This document shows, in pieces, positions 8,555 through 16,860 of a stretch of 64,000 nt of DNA. The stretch is from Chloroflexota bacterium. Its GTDB lineage: Bacteria; Chloroflexota; UBA11872; VXOZ01. The position numbers were made by a program, and so were the translations under genes. The notes beneath the pieces are model-generated. The model had not been told where the DNA came from, made no database searches, and was given only the letters and a program-made list of their open reading frames with translations. The stretch's first letter is position 1, and each line of letters starts with the position of its first letter. The stretch spans positions 1,280,001 through 1,344,000 of the forward strand of contig OZ244922.1 in the NCBI GenBank assembly GCA_965221905.1. The letters run 5' to 3'.

Positions 8555-10975
8555 TTAGCAACGTGAGTATCCGCAGACGAGGCACTTCTCGCAGCCTTCT
8601 TCGTAGACGACACCGGCCGCGCCGCAGTCCGGGCAGATCTCGCCGTGCCGCGATTCGCGGCTCGGGCTTGCGGGTTGTGCGCGGGCCAAGCCGAGTTGCA
8701 CCACTGACGCCTCTTCGGTGGCGGCAGCGCCGTTAATGCCGTTCGTGCCTGTGGAAATGTTGTAAATCTCGGCGATCACCTGTGCAATCGCATCGGGTAT
8801 CGAGAGGACGCGGTTGGGGCCGATGCCCATCACGTCCACCGAGCCGATGCCGCGCAAGTGCTTGTGATACTGCTTGATCGGAACGCCGCTCCGCAGACCG
8901 AGCGTGATCGAGCGCGCCAGCGCCTCCAAATATGCTTGGTCTGCCGTACCGGCTTTGCCGAGCGTGAGGAAGATCTCGATGGGGCGGCGATCTTCGCCTT
9001 TACCGGTGGAGTTGATGGTCACGTAGAGGTCGCCGCGCGCCGTGACCTTCTCCACGGTCACGCCTGACACAACGGCCGGTCGCTTACGCGGGTGCATTTC
9101 TACCGGCACCGCCGCGCTGTTAGCCTCTTGTTTGTCCGCGCCTTTGTCAACGGCCTCTTCCTTCTTCTCTTCCACGCGAGAGAGCACCGGAGTGCGTGAG
9201 CCGTCGCGGAAGAAGGTGATACCCTTGCAGCCGAGGTCGTAGGCAAGGGTGTAGAGCTTATCGACGTCGGCTATCTCATAAGAATTCGGCGCGTTGACGG
9301 TTTTCGAAATGCTGGAGTCCGTATATTCCTGGATGACGGCCTGCACGCGCACGTGGTCCTCCGGACGCAGGTCGTTGCTGGAGGCGAAGTAGTCCGGCAC
9401 GGGCTCGCCGTCATGCGCATCTTGCCACTCTTTGAAAAGCGGGTGGTAGAGGATGTGTTCGCCGGTGCGGTCGACGCGCTTCATGGCAAAGTCGAATACC
9501 GGCTCAATGCCGCTTGAAACGCCGGAAAGCAGTGACGTGGTGCCGGTAGGCGCCTGCGTGAGGATTACACCGTTGCGGACGCCATGCGTGGCAATCTGCT
9601 CTTGCAGCGCCGCCGGCAACTGCCGGATGAACGAGCCTTGCATGTACTTTTCACTGTCGAATTGCGGAAAAGGCCCTTTTCCCTTGGCGATCTCCATAGA
9701 CGCGCTGTAGGAAGCATCGCGGATGGTCCGGTAGATACGTTCCACAACGGGCATCGACTTTTCGCTGCCGTAGCGCACCTTCATCTTGATGAGCGCATCG
9801 GCAAGACCCATAGTGCCCAGGCCCGTCCGGCGCGTGCCGTCACGCTGTTGTTGCTTGTTTTCCTCGATGAAGTACGGCGTGGCATCGATGACGTTATCGA
9901 GAAAGCGGATCGCGACCCTTGACGTCTTGGCCAGCAATTCGTAGTCCATCACGCCGTCTTCCACGAAGGCCGAGAGGTTGATGGCTCCGAGGTTGCACAC
10001 GCCCCAAGCGGGCAGCCCTTGCTCGCCGCAAGGGTTCACGCAGCGGATTTTCTCGAAATACCAGGTGTTGGAGCGCTTTTGATAGCGCTCCATGAAGACC
10101 AAGCCGGGCTCTGCCGAGCGCCAGGCGGCTTCGCAAATCTTGGCCCAGATTTCACGCGCCTTTACGGTGCGATGGACTGTGACGGCTTTGCCGCGAGCGC
10201 GCCAAGCGGCCAAATCGCCGTTCCACACCTCGTCGTACTCCGGATCGGTCGTGTCCGGGAAGACCAGGTCCCAGGTGCCGTCTGCCTTAACTGCCTCCAT
10301 GAAAGAGTCGGAAGCGCAGATGGAAAGGTTTGCGTGGTTGATGCGGGAGAGATCGGTCTTGACCGTGATTAACTCTTCGATGTCCGGGTGCCAATCGTCC
10401 AGCATGAGCATGAGCGCGCCGCGGCGCGAGCCGCCTTGCTGAATCACGTCGCCGGTGGCTACCGAGTACAACTCACCCCAGGAGCACGGCCCGCTGGCGG
10501 TACCGTTCACTGATCGAATGTAAGAGCCACGCGGCCGTAGACTGGAAAGATTAATGCCCACGCCGCCACCCCTCGCCATGATCTCCGTCATGACGCTGAG
10601 GTTCTCCAGAATGCCGCCGCGGCTGTCCTGCGGCGAGGGGATCACGTAGCAGTTGTAGAACGTGACCTCATGGCCCGTGCCCGCGCCCGCCAGGATGCGG
10701 CCGCCGGGAACGAACTTGAAGTCCTGCAACGCCCGATAGAATTTTTCTTCCCATGCAATGCGGTTTTCTTCTCCTTCTTCCACGGCGGCTATGCCGCGCG
10801 CGACGCGACGCCACATCTGCTCCGGGTAGTGCTCCAAAGCGGTGCCGGTCTCATCTTTATTGGAGTACCGATCGGCAAAGACCTTCTGCCGGATTCCGTC
10901 GAGCATGGTGCCGGTTTCGGGCTCCGGTACAGGCTGCCCGTTGGTACTTCTGCCGTTGGTATGAATGACTGCCAT
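8555..10975 (-). CDS. nrdJ: Class II adenosylcobalamin-dependent ribonucleotide reductase with C-terminal TSCPD/Zn-ribbon
   Basis: Motifs PGGRIL, NCYV, GGGVG, QQGGSRRGA, NPCGEQ, CNLG, APTGT, SISKTVN, C-terminal CPDC...CLVCGYSRC. Start ATG 10975 after GAGGAG. Confidence 0.95.
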   Translation of the reverse strand: MAVIHTNGRSTNGQPVPEPETGTMLDGIRQKVFADRYSNKDETGTALEHYPEQMWRRVARGIAAVEEGEENRIAWEEKFYRALQDFKFVPGGRILAGAGTGHEVTFYNCYVIPSPQDSRGGILENLSVMTEIMARGGGVGINLSSLRPRGSYIRSVNGTASGPCSWGELYSVATGDVIQQGGSRRGALMLMLDDWHPDIEELITVKTDLSRINHANLSICASDSFMEAVKADGTWDLVFPDTTDPEYDEVWNGDLAAWRARGKAVTVHRTVKAREIWAKICEAAWRSAEPGLVFMERYQKRSNTWYFEKIRCVNPCGEQGLPAWGVCNLGAINLSAFVEDGVMDYELLAKTSRVAIRFLDNVIDATPYFIEENKQQQRDGTRRTGLGTMGLADALIKMKVRYGSEKSMPVVERIYRTIRDASYSASMEIAKGKGPFPQFDSEKYMQGSFIRQLPAALQEQIATHGVRNGVILTQAPTGTTSLLSGVSSGIEPVFDFAMKRVDRTGEHILYHPLFKEWQDAHDGEPVPDYFASSNDLRPEDHVRVQAVIQEYTDSSISKTVNAPNSYEIADVDKLYTLAYDLGCKGITFFRDGSRTPVLSRVEEKKEEAVDKGADKQEANSAAVPVEMHPRKRPAVVSGVTVEKVTARGDLYVTINSTGKGEDRRPIEIFLTLGKAGTADQAYLEALARSITLGLRSGVPIKQYHKHLRGIGSVDVMGIGPNRVLSIPDAIAQVIAEIYNISTGTNGINGAAATEEASVVQLGLARAQPASPSRESRHGEICPDCGAAGVVYEEGCEKCLVCGYSRC

Positions 10976-11087
10976 CGCGAGATTCTCCTCGGTACATTCG
11001 GCAGCGCGTGATTCGCGCGGGGGTAGGAGTAATTTAGGGACCCAAGAAGATACTATAGGCCGTAGTGGTGCCACCTGAATGCCAAAT

Positions 11088-11142
11088 AAATAGTATATCT
11101 TGGTGTAGAGGAATTATAGATAACAAGATATAGAGGTGTCAA
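11088..11142 (-). promoter_or_regulatory. Sigma70 promoter of nrdJ with tandem NrdR-box-like sites
   Basis: Minus strand TTGACA (11142-11137), 18-bp spacer, TATAAT (11118-11113). Two C-AAGATATA-containing NrdR-like boxes, one in the spacer and one near 11091-11106. Confidence 0.75.
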
Positions 11143-11413
11143 GGGAAATTGGGGGTACTTTGGAGTTTTTCGCCTTTCTGCGATTAATAATTCGCGGCGG
11201 GTTGACATGCGCAACGATAGGTACATTTGCAGCATACCACAAGCCCCTGAGTTAGTGATAAAGAGTCCAAATCGGAATTCACGAGGGTGACTAGAATAGG
11301 CGGCGTTGGGAAGGGGAAAATGAAAAGGGAAAAGGGGCTTAAGCAACGTTCAGCGACTTAGATATCTATGTCAAAGAATTGTCGTTCGGCTGGTCACAGA
11401 GCGGTCATTGACC

Positions 11414-11974
11414 CTAGCTCCGCTTTTGCACCGCCGTAGGGTTCTCCCTATCGAATGTCCATTGCGCCGGGTTGTCGTGGATGTACTGGCGAATCTTTGT
11501 CAGAGACTCTTCGCTGCGCACGACGTGCTCGAAGTAATTCCGTTGCCAGAGGGGTCTGCCGGGAAGCCCATGCGCAGAATTGACCCGTTTCGTACTGACG
11601 GTCTTGAATGCGCCAATCAGACGTCCCAAGGGCTTACGTTTGCTGTCCCACGAGTCTGCTCCGGTAGGGGCGGTTCGCGAACCGCCCCTACGCGCGTCAT
11701 CGGTGATCATAAGGATGCCATGGAGATGGTTCGGCATGACGACAAATTCGTCCAACACCACGTAAGGGTATTGGGTCTCCAGCCATTGCCAGCAATCGGA
11801 CACCAATCGGCCAGTCCTGTTCAGGCACATATTGCCATCCACTATCTCGCCGAACAGACACGCCCGTCCTTGGGCAACCACGGTCACAAAGTATGCGCCC
11901 GCCTGCGAATAGTCGTATCCCTTTAGGCGGATAGAACGCCGACGCTGGCTGTCTGGAGCGTAGGGGCTACTCAT
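11414..11974 (-). CDS. REP-associated tyrosine (HUH/Y1) transposase, RAYT-like (IS200/IS605 superfamily)
   Basis: RRSIRLKGYDYSQAGAYFVT, MPNHLH (HUH), WQRNYFEHVVR, catalytic YIHDNP. Confidence 0.9.
   Translation of the reverse strand: MSSPYAPDSQRRRSIRLKGYDYSQAGAYFVTVVAQGRACLFGEIVDGNMCLNRTGRLVSDCWQWLETQYPYVVLDEFVVMPNHLHGILMITDDARRGGSRTAPTGADSWDSKRKPLGRLIGAFKTVSTKRVNSAHGLPGRPLWQRNYFEHVVRSEESLTKIRQYIHDNPAQWTFDRENPTAVQKRS
11664..11691. repeat. Perfect 28-bp GTAG-type REP palindrome inside the RAYT ORF
   Basis: GTAGGGGCGGTTCG|CGAACCGCCCCTAC, translated in frame as RRGGSRTAPT. Confidence 0.85.
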
Positions 11975-12033
11975 CGCAATCTCTCCCTTTGCTCAGAGGA
12001 CGGCCAGCGCGACGCCGGTCTGGGTGAGGGTGG

Positions 12034-12453
12034 TCATTGGACTTCCCAGGGACTAATGACGGCGACATCGACGTAGTCGAAGTCGCAGACGTTGCGCGTT
12101 GTGATCGTCAGGACATTGCTTTGTGCGATGCCTGCGATGAGGGCATCGCCGAGGTCGAGAGGTCTGCCCATGCGGCGGGCCTGCGCTCGGAGACGGGCGG
12201 CACTCTCCGCCGCCGGCCTGTCCAGAGCGAGAATGCGGTCGGCGTATGTCGAAATGATACTCGTGAGCAGGGCTTGTAAGCGGTCGCGGCGGTGCCCTTG
12301 CGGGAGCAATTGAACGCCGTATTCCAACTCGTGTACGACCAACGACGGCAGCCAGAGGTCTTCTTGCTCGGCCAAGAACGCGATTACACCCGGGTGCGGG
12401 ACCTCTCGCGTCATTTCCGAAAGCACGTTGGTATCCAGGAGAAATCCGCTCAC
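12034..12453 (-). CDS. vapC: VapC-family PIN-domain toxin
   Basis: LLDTNVLSE, ELEYG, DALIAGIA, TRNxxDF. ATGA-type overlap with the upstream antitoxin. Confidence 0.92.
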   Translation of the reverse strand: MSGFLLDTNVLSEMTREVPHPGVIAFLAEQEDLWLPSLVVHELEYGVQLLPQGHRRDRLQALLTSIISTYADRILALDRPAAESAARLRAQARRMGRPLDLGDALIAGIAQSNVLTITTRNVCDFDYVDVAVISPWEVQ

Positions 12454-12734
12454 TCAGTGTCTCTGTGGACGAACGGAATCTCCCGACGGGAATCGCGGTC
12501 GCGTGGGATTTCGAGGTTCGCGCCACGCGGGACGTTCTCTATCAGCCACTGACCCAGCGGCTTGCGTGGGGATGACTTCTGGTACCAGGTGTTGGCGGGC
12601 ACGACGACACAGGGATTGCGGATGCCGATATGCTGTGGCCCCTCGGATTCTGCGAGCCGCAGGATTTCAGATAGCCGCGCCTTAGCCTCGGCCACGGTCC
12701 AAACGCGGCGGGTATCAGGTCCTTTCAAGTGCAA
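12450..12734 (-). CDS. Phd/YefM-like antitoxin
   Basis: WTVAEAKARLSEIL...EGPQHI N-terminal motif, immediately upstream of the PIN toxin. Confidence 0.85.
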   Translation of the reverse strand: MHLKGPDTRRVWTVAEAKARLSEILRLAESEGPQHIGIRNPCVVVPANTWYQKSSPRKPLGQWLIENVPRGANLEIPRDRDSRREIPFVHRDTE

Positions 12735-12747
12735 GCTCCTTAAAATA

Positions 12748-12775
12748 TATAGACTAGTCTATACTAGACTAGTCA
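12748..12775. promoter_or_regulatory. Putative TA autoregulatory operator (tandem GACTAGTC palindromes)
   Basis: Perfect 16-bp palindrome TATAGACTAGTCTATA followed by a second TAGACTAGTC, just upstream of the antitoxin start. Confidence 0.6.
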
Positions 12776-12888
12776 GATGAATAGATGCAAGTGCTTGGTG
12801 CAGACACAGACGAACCGCGCGCGCCACTAGCCGCCACCGGATACTCAGGCAAGCGGTCCCGATTCGGCATTGGTTCCTGCGGAGGCAG

Positions 12889-13680
12889 TCATAGACCCTC
12901 CGGCGCACGCGACACGGCCATGGGGTTCTCCCTATCGAACTCCCACCGCGCCGGGTTGTCGCTGATGTACTGGCGAATCTTTGTCAGAGACTCTTCGCTG
13001 CGCACGACGTGCTCGAAATAATTCCGCTGCCACAACTTGCCGGAGAATTGCGGCCACCGTAGGGTCTTCACACCCCGCACGTACTCCACGGTCGTCAGAG
13101 ACTTGAATGCCCCAACCACGTCCCCCAATGCGTACCGGCGATCCACTGTAGGGGCAACCCTCGTGGTTGCCCGTGGGTCATTTTCGCTAATCTCCGCGCC
13201 GAGCGGGGCTGATTCCTGGGCCGCCGTAAGGGTAACCCTCGTGGTTGCCCCTGGGTCAATATTCCTGGTTTCACCTTGGGTCAGGGCTGGTTTCTGGTCT
13301 TGCGTAGGGGCAACCCTTGTGGTTTCCCTATGGTCTATTTCCCGGGTTGCCCCGTGGGGCGGGACCGCTTCCTGGGCGCCCACAAGGGGCGCCCCTACCG
13401 GTTGGACAATGCTGATGATGCCGTGGATATGGTTGGGCATCACGATGAACGTGTCCAATGCGATGCCTGGGAAGCGGCCGGGAATCTCTTGCCAAACCCG
13501 CCGGATCATCTCTCCAGCGTCGTTCAACCGCATCTCTGCGCCGACCACGTCACCGAACAGACACGCCCGCCTTTGGGCTACCATGGTCACAAAGTATGCG
13601 CCCACCTGCGAATAGTCGTATCCCCGCAGGCGGATCGACCGGCGACGCCGGCTGTCTGAGGGCGGGTTGAATCGGCTCAC
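12889..13680 (-). CDS. Second RAYT-like HUH transposase with in-frame REP-derived repeat insert
   Basis: RRSIRLRGYDYSQVGAYFVT, MPNHIH, WQRNYFEHVVR, YISDNP, plus an insert of about 75 aa with repeated TTRVAPT. Confidence 0.9.
   Translation of the reverse strand: MSRFNPPSDSRRRRSIRLRGYDYSQVGAYFVTMVAQRRACLFGDVVGAEMRLNDAGEMIRRVWQEIPGRFPGIALDTFIVMPNHIHGIISIVQPVGAPLVGAQEAVPPHGATREIDHRETTRVAPTQDQKPALTQGETRNIDPGATTRVTLTAAQESAPLGAEISENDPRATTRVAPTVDRRYALGDVVGAFKSLTTVEYVRGVKTLRWPQFSGKLWQRNYFEHVVRSEESLTKIRQYISDNPARWEFDRENPMAVSRAPEGL
13148..13398. repeat. Intragenic REP array: three direct GTAGGGGCAACCCTCGTGGTTGCCC-type units at 78-bp period plus one inverted related unit
   Basis: Units start at 13148, 13226 and 13304. 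Inverted GGGCGCCCACAAGGGGCGCCCCTAC at 13374-13398. Confidence 0.85.
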
Positions 13681-13808
13681 TGCTTTCCTTAAAAGCTCAG
13701 ATAGTCACTGGATCGACTACGGACCGGTCGCAAGCGGTCACTGGGCTTCGCGCGTAGTTTGGAGGAAGCTGCAATTCTCTTGGAAAAAGAGATGTCTACT
13801 TTTGATGA

Positions 13809-14045
13809 CTAGGCCAGGTGTTTTAGCACCTCGTCGTGGTCGGGGAAGCGGCCTTCATTGTGTTTGGAGAAGATGACGTTGTTATTGAGGGTTACCTCGA
13901 AGGCACCGCCGCCGGAGGGGATGAGTTCCAGGCTTTCCATATTGTGTTCGTATTCATTCAGCACTTTTTCCGCCAAACTGACGGCTTTCGGGAGGTAGCC
14001 TCACGAAGTGCAGTATTCGATGCTGAGACGATGCTTCTCGGCCAT
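13809..14045 (-). CDS. Rdx (SelW/SelT/SelH)-family selenoprotein, CxxU (not in ORF track)
   Basis: Manual translation MAEKHRLSIEYCTS(U)GYLPKAVSLAEKVL...LIPSGGGAFEV...IFSKHNEGRFPD, 78 aa. In-frame TGA at 14003-14001, AAGGAG RBS, downstream hairpin CCGTCA-GTT-TGGCGG. Confidence 0.88.
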
Positions 14046-14500
14046 GGATGTGCTCCTTTTTGCGCGGTATTGAGGTTTCTGTTCGGTCTTCCCTCAGTAT
14101 GGCCTTACCGGCGCGCTTCGGTCAATGGTCGCGGCGTGTTGGGGTTTCAGGGAGATTGATTCCCTTCCTGCATCTAGTACCGGTCAGGCTTTGCGCGGGA
14201 ATGACAGCGAGACAAGCGCAAGACATGGTTCTCGATGCCGCGGGAGGGTCAATGAAGCCTCTTGTTTAGGTTAGGCCCTGCCGGCGCGGTAATAGGCAAT
14301 AACCTACAGGTGCTGCACTCGCGGTTTCATTGACAGTTCGCACTTTGAGTTGGAATTGTGCGCCAAAGGCTTGCGTGGGACACCTCGGCTTGGTACCCTG
14401 TCCTTGGCTACTGTGGGGTTGGTGTTGCGATCCTGAAGCTAGGCTGCTTCGATCCATAGCAATGCGCTGCCGGTAACTTCAGGGAGGATGAAGAGTAGTC

Positions 14501-15751
14501 ATGAGCCAAGCGAAGTATGATTCGCAGGAAAGTTCTGTGCCTGTCGACGGTCAGGTGCGTGTGAGCGTGCGTGGTCTATGGAAGGTATTCGGCCCGGCCG
14601 ACGGCCCTGACGTGGGGGAAACGCTCGAGGGCAAGACCAAAGACGAGGTGCAAGACGAGTTGGACTCGGTGCTGGCGCTGCACGACGTGAGCTTCGACGT
14701 TCATCAGGGCGAAACGTTCGTGGTGATGGGCCTTTCCGGCAGCGGCAAGTCTACGTTGGTGCGTTGTCTGATCCGCCTCATCGAGCCGACGGCCGGCCGG
14801 GTCGTCATGGATGGGGAAGATATCCTCAGATACACCGAGGAGCAGCTCACCCAGGCGCGCCGTCAGAAGACCGGGATGGTCTTCCAGTACTTCGGCCTGT
14901 TGCCCCACCGCACGGTGATCGACAATGTCGCCTGGGGCTTGGAAGTGCAAGGAGTGCCTCGGGAAGATCGGCGTGCGCGAGCGGCCGAACTGCTGCGAGT
15001 TGTCGGGCTGGATGGCTGGGAAGAATACCACGCTGCGGCCCTCAGCGGCGGCATGCAACAGCGTGTCGGCCTGGCGCGTGCCTTGGTGTGCGACCCCGAC
15101 ATCTTGCTGATGGATGAGCCATTCAGTGCGCTAGACCCCCTCATTCGGCGAGACATGCAGGATGAACTCCTCCGTCTCCAGGAGCAGATGCAGAAGACTA
15201 TAATCTTCATCACCCACGATCTCACTGAGGCAACCAAGCTGGGAAGTCGCATCGCCATTATGCGTGACGGCGCCATTGTGCAGGTCGGTACGCCTGAGGA
15301 GATCATGGCACGCCCGGCTGACGACTATGTGGCTGACTTTACCCGCGACGTTCGCCGGTCTACCGTGGTTACCGTAGGCTACGTGATGGAACGCTGCCCG
15401 GTCCAGGTTAGTGCCGCAGAATCACCACGGGAAACGATTGCCAAGCTTGAAGCAGGCGACTCCGATGCGGCATTTGTCGTTGCTGAGGATGGCGTCTATC
15501 AGGGGGAGGTCTGTCGCGACGAAGCCCGCGAGGCAGAAGTGCGCGGCGACTCCACCATCGAACGCGCCGTGAACCGCAGACTCGACCCTGTATTTGCACG
15601 TGATACCATCGAAGGGGCTCTCTCCAAGGCTTGGTCTTACCGAGGCTTGATCCCCGTTGTAGACGGGGCGGGGAAGTTGGTTGGGGCGGTTGAACGTGAA
15701 GCGCTCTTCGAAGCCGTATTTGCGGATGAACGTACGGAGGTCGGCGTGTAG
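14501..15751 (+). CDS. proV: Glycine betaine/proline ABC transporter ATP-binding subunit with CBS domains
   Basis: GLSGSGKS, LSGGMQQRVGLARAL, DEPFSALDPLIR. Confidence 0.92.
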   Translation: MSQAKYDSQESSVPVDGQVRVSVRGLWKVFGPADGPDVGETLEGKTKDEVQDELDSVLALHDVSFDVHQGETFVVMGLSGSGKSTLVRCLIRLIEPTAGRVVMDGEDILRYTEEQLTQARRQKTGMVFQYFGLLPHRTVIDNVAWGLEVQGVPREDRRARAAELLRVVGLDGWEEYHAAALSGGMQQRVGLARALVCDPDILLMDEPFSALDPLIRRDMQDELLRLQEQMQKTIIFITHDLTEATKLGSRIAIMRDGAIVQVGTPEEIMARPADDYVADFTRDVRRSTVVTVGYVMERCPVQVSAAESPRETIAKLEAGDSDAAFVVAEDGVYQGEVCRDEAREAEVRGDSTIERAVNRRLDPVFARDTIEGALSKAWSYRGLIPVVDGAGKLVGAVEREALFEAVFADERTEVGV

Positions 15752-15762
15752 CCGGGAGCGTT

Positions 15763-16764
15763 ATGGCTGTTATTGCTCGCTTGAAGGAAACATCGGACGG
15801 CATTCGTGAGGCGACACGCAACGGTGCGTCAGCGCCCTCCAGAGTTGCTCTCGTCCTAGGTGGCTTTCTTGCATTCTTCGTCGTGATGGTGGTGGTGTGG
15901 GGCCCCAGGACCGAGTTTCCCCTCGACTGGAGCCGTGGCATTAGCCGTCAGATCAATGAAGGGGTAGAATCCATCACCGTCTCTTGGGGGCCGGTGCTCG
16001 ACCTTGTTTCCGACGTAGTAATGCGGTTCTTGCTTAGGGTCGAGACGGTATTTCTGTGGACGCCCTGGCCGGTGGTCATCGTGGGTGCGGCCATCATCGC
16101 CTGGGTAACGGTCGGCTGGAAGTTTTCCGTCTTTGCTGTGCTTACTCTGCTCACAACCGGCGTATTCGGCCTCTGGGAGAGCGCGATGGAGACGATGGCG
16201 CTGATCGTCGTCTCGGTCTTTCTCTCCATCGTCGTGGGGATTCCTATCGGCGTTGTTGCTGCCCGCAGCAGAACCTTCGATGCGGTCCTGAGGCCGCTGC
16301 TCGATGGTATGCAAACGATGCCGTCGTTCGTGTACCTGGTGCCGGTGGTAATGTTCTTTGGCATCGGCAACGTACCGGCGGTCTTTGCCACGGTCATCTA
16401 TGCGGCGCCGCCGACGATCCGGTTTACTAATCTTGGTATCCGGGAAGTCAGCCCGCAGGTGGTCGAAGCTGCACGCTCCTTTGGCACGACGCCGCGGCAA
16501 TTGCTGTTGAAAGTTCAGTTGCCGATGGCGCTCCCGACGATCATGGCCGGCATTAACCAGACGACGATGATGGCACTGGCGATGATGGTCATTGCCTCGC
16601 TTGTCGGCGCGGGCGGCCTGGGTGAAGACGTGCAGCGAGCGCTCTCGCGCGCGCAGCCGGGACAGGCGCTGCTTGGCGGTCTGGGGATCGTCTTCTTGGC
16701 GATCATTGTCGACCGCATTACACAAGCGTGGGCCAAGAGCCGTGAAGAGGCCTTACGGATGTAG
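15763..16764 (+). CDS. proW: Glycine betaine/proline ABC transporter permease
   Basis: MQTMPSFVYLVP, EAARSFG, IMAGINQT. Confidence 0.92.
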   Translation: MAVIARLKETSDGIREATRNGASAPSRVALVLGGFLAFFVVMVVVWGPRTEFPLDWSRGISRQINEGVESITVSWGPVLDLVSDVVMRFLLRVETVFLWTPWPVVIVGAAIIAWVTVGWKFSVFAVLTLLTTGVFGLWESAMETMALIVVSVFLSIVVGIPIGVVAARSRTFDAVLRPLLDGMQTMPSFVYLVPVVMFFGIGNVPAVFATVIYAAPPTIRFTNLGIREVSPQVVEAARSFGTTPRQLLLKVQLPMALPTIMAGINQTTMMALAMMVIASLVGAGGLGEDVQRALSRAQPGQALLGGLGIVFLAIIVDRITQAWAKSREEALRM

Positions 16765-16860
16765 AGCATTGCGGAGGTGTGCATTAGTTGATAGTGGATG
16801 GAGACTTGCGGCATCGTTATGCCAAGGCGTTAAACACTTTAGTGGGAGGTTCCCAACGTA

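Noticed and set aside
11408-11926. Plus-strand 172-aa ORF, and similar long antisense ORFs (e.g. 13037-13615, 15856-16725, 21722-22468, 21960-22784, 57541-58380)
   Set aside because: They are shadow frames opposite well-supported genes in GC-rich DNA, with no recognisable motifs.
13148-13398. Possible CRISPR array (repeat-spacer pattern)
   Set aside because: Repeats are GTAG-footed REP palindromes inside a transposase ORF, include an inverted copy, and have no leader or cas genes. Reported as an intragenic REP array instead.
13836-14159. Plus-strand 107-aa ORF
   Set aside because: It is antisense to the Rdx selenoprotein frame, which has the family motifs and an RBS.
14160-14500. Possible riboswitch upstream of proVWX
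   Set aside because: No recognisable aptamer consensus by eye; only a degenerate family-B REP near 14158-14206. An Rfam scan would be needed.
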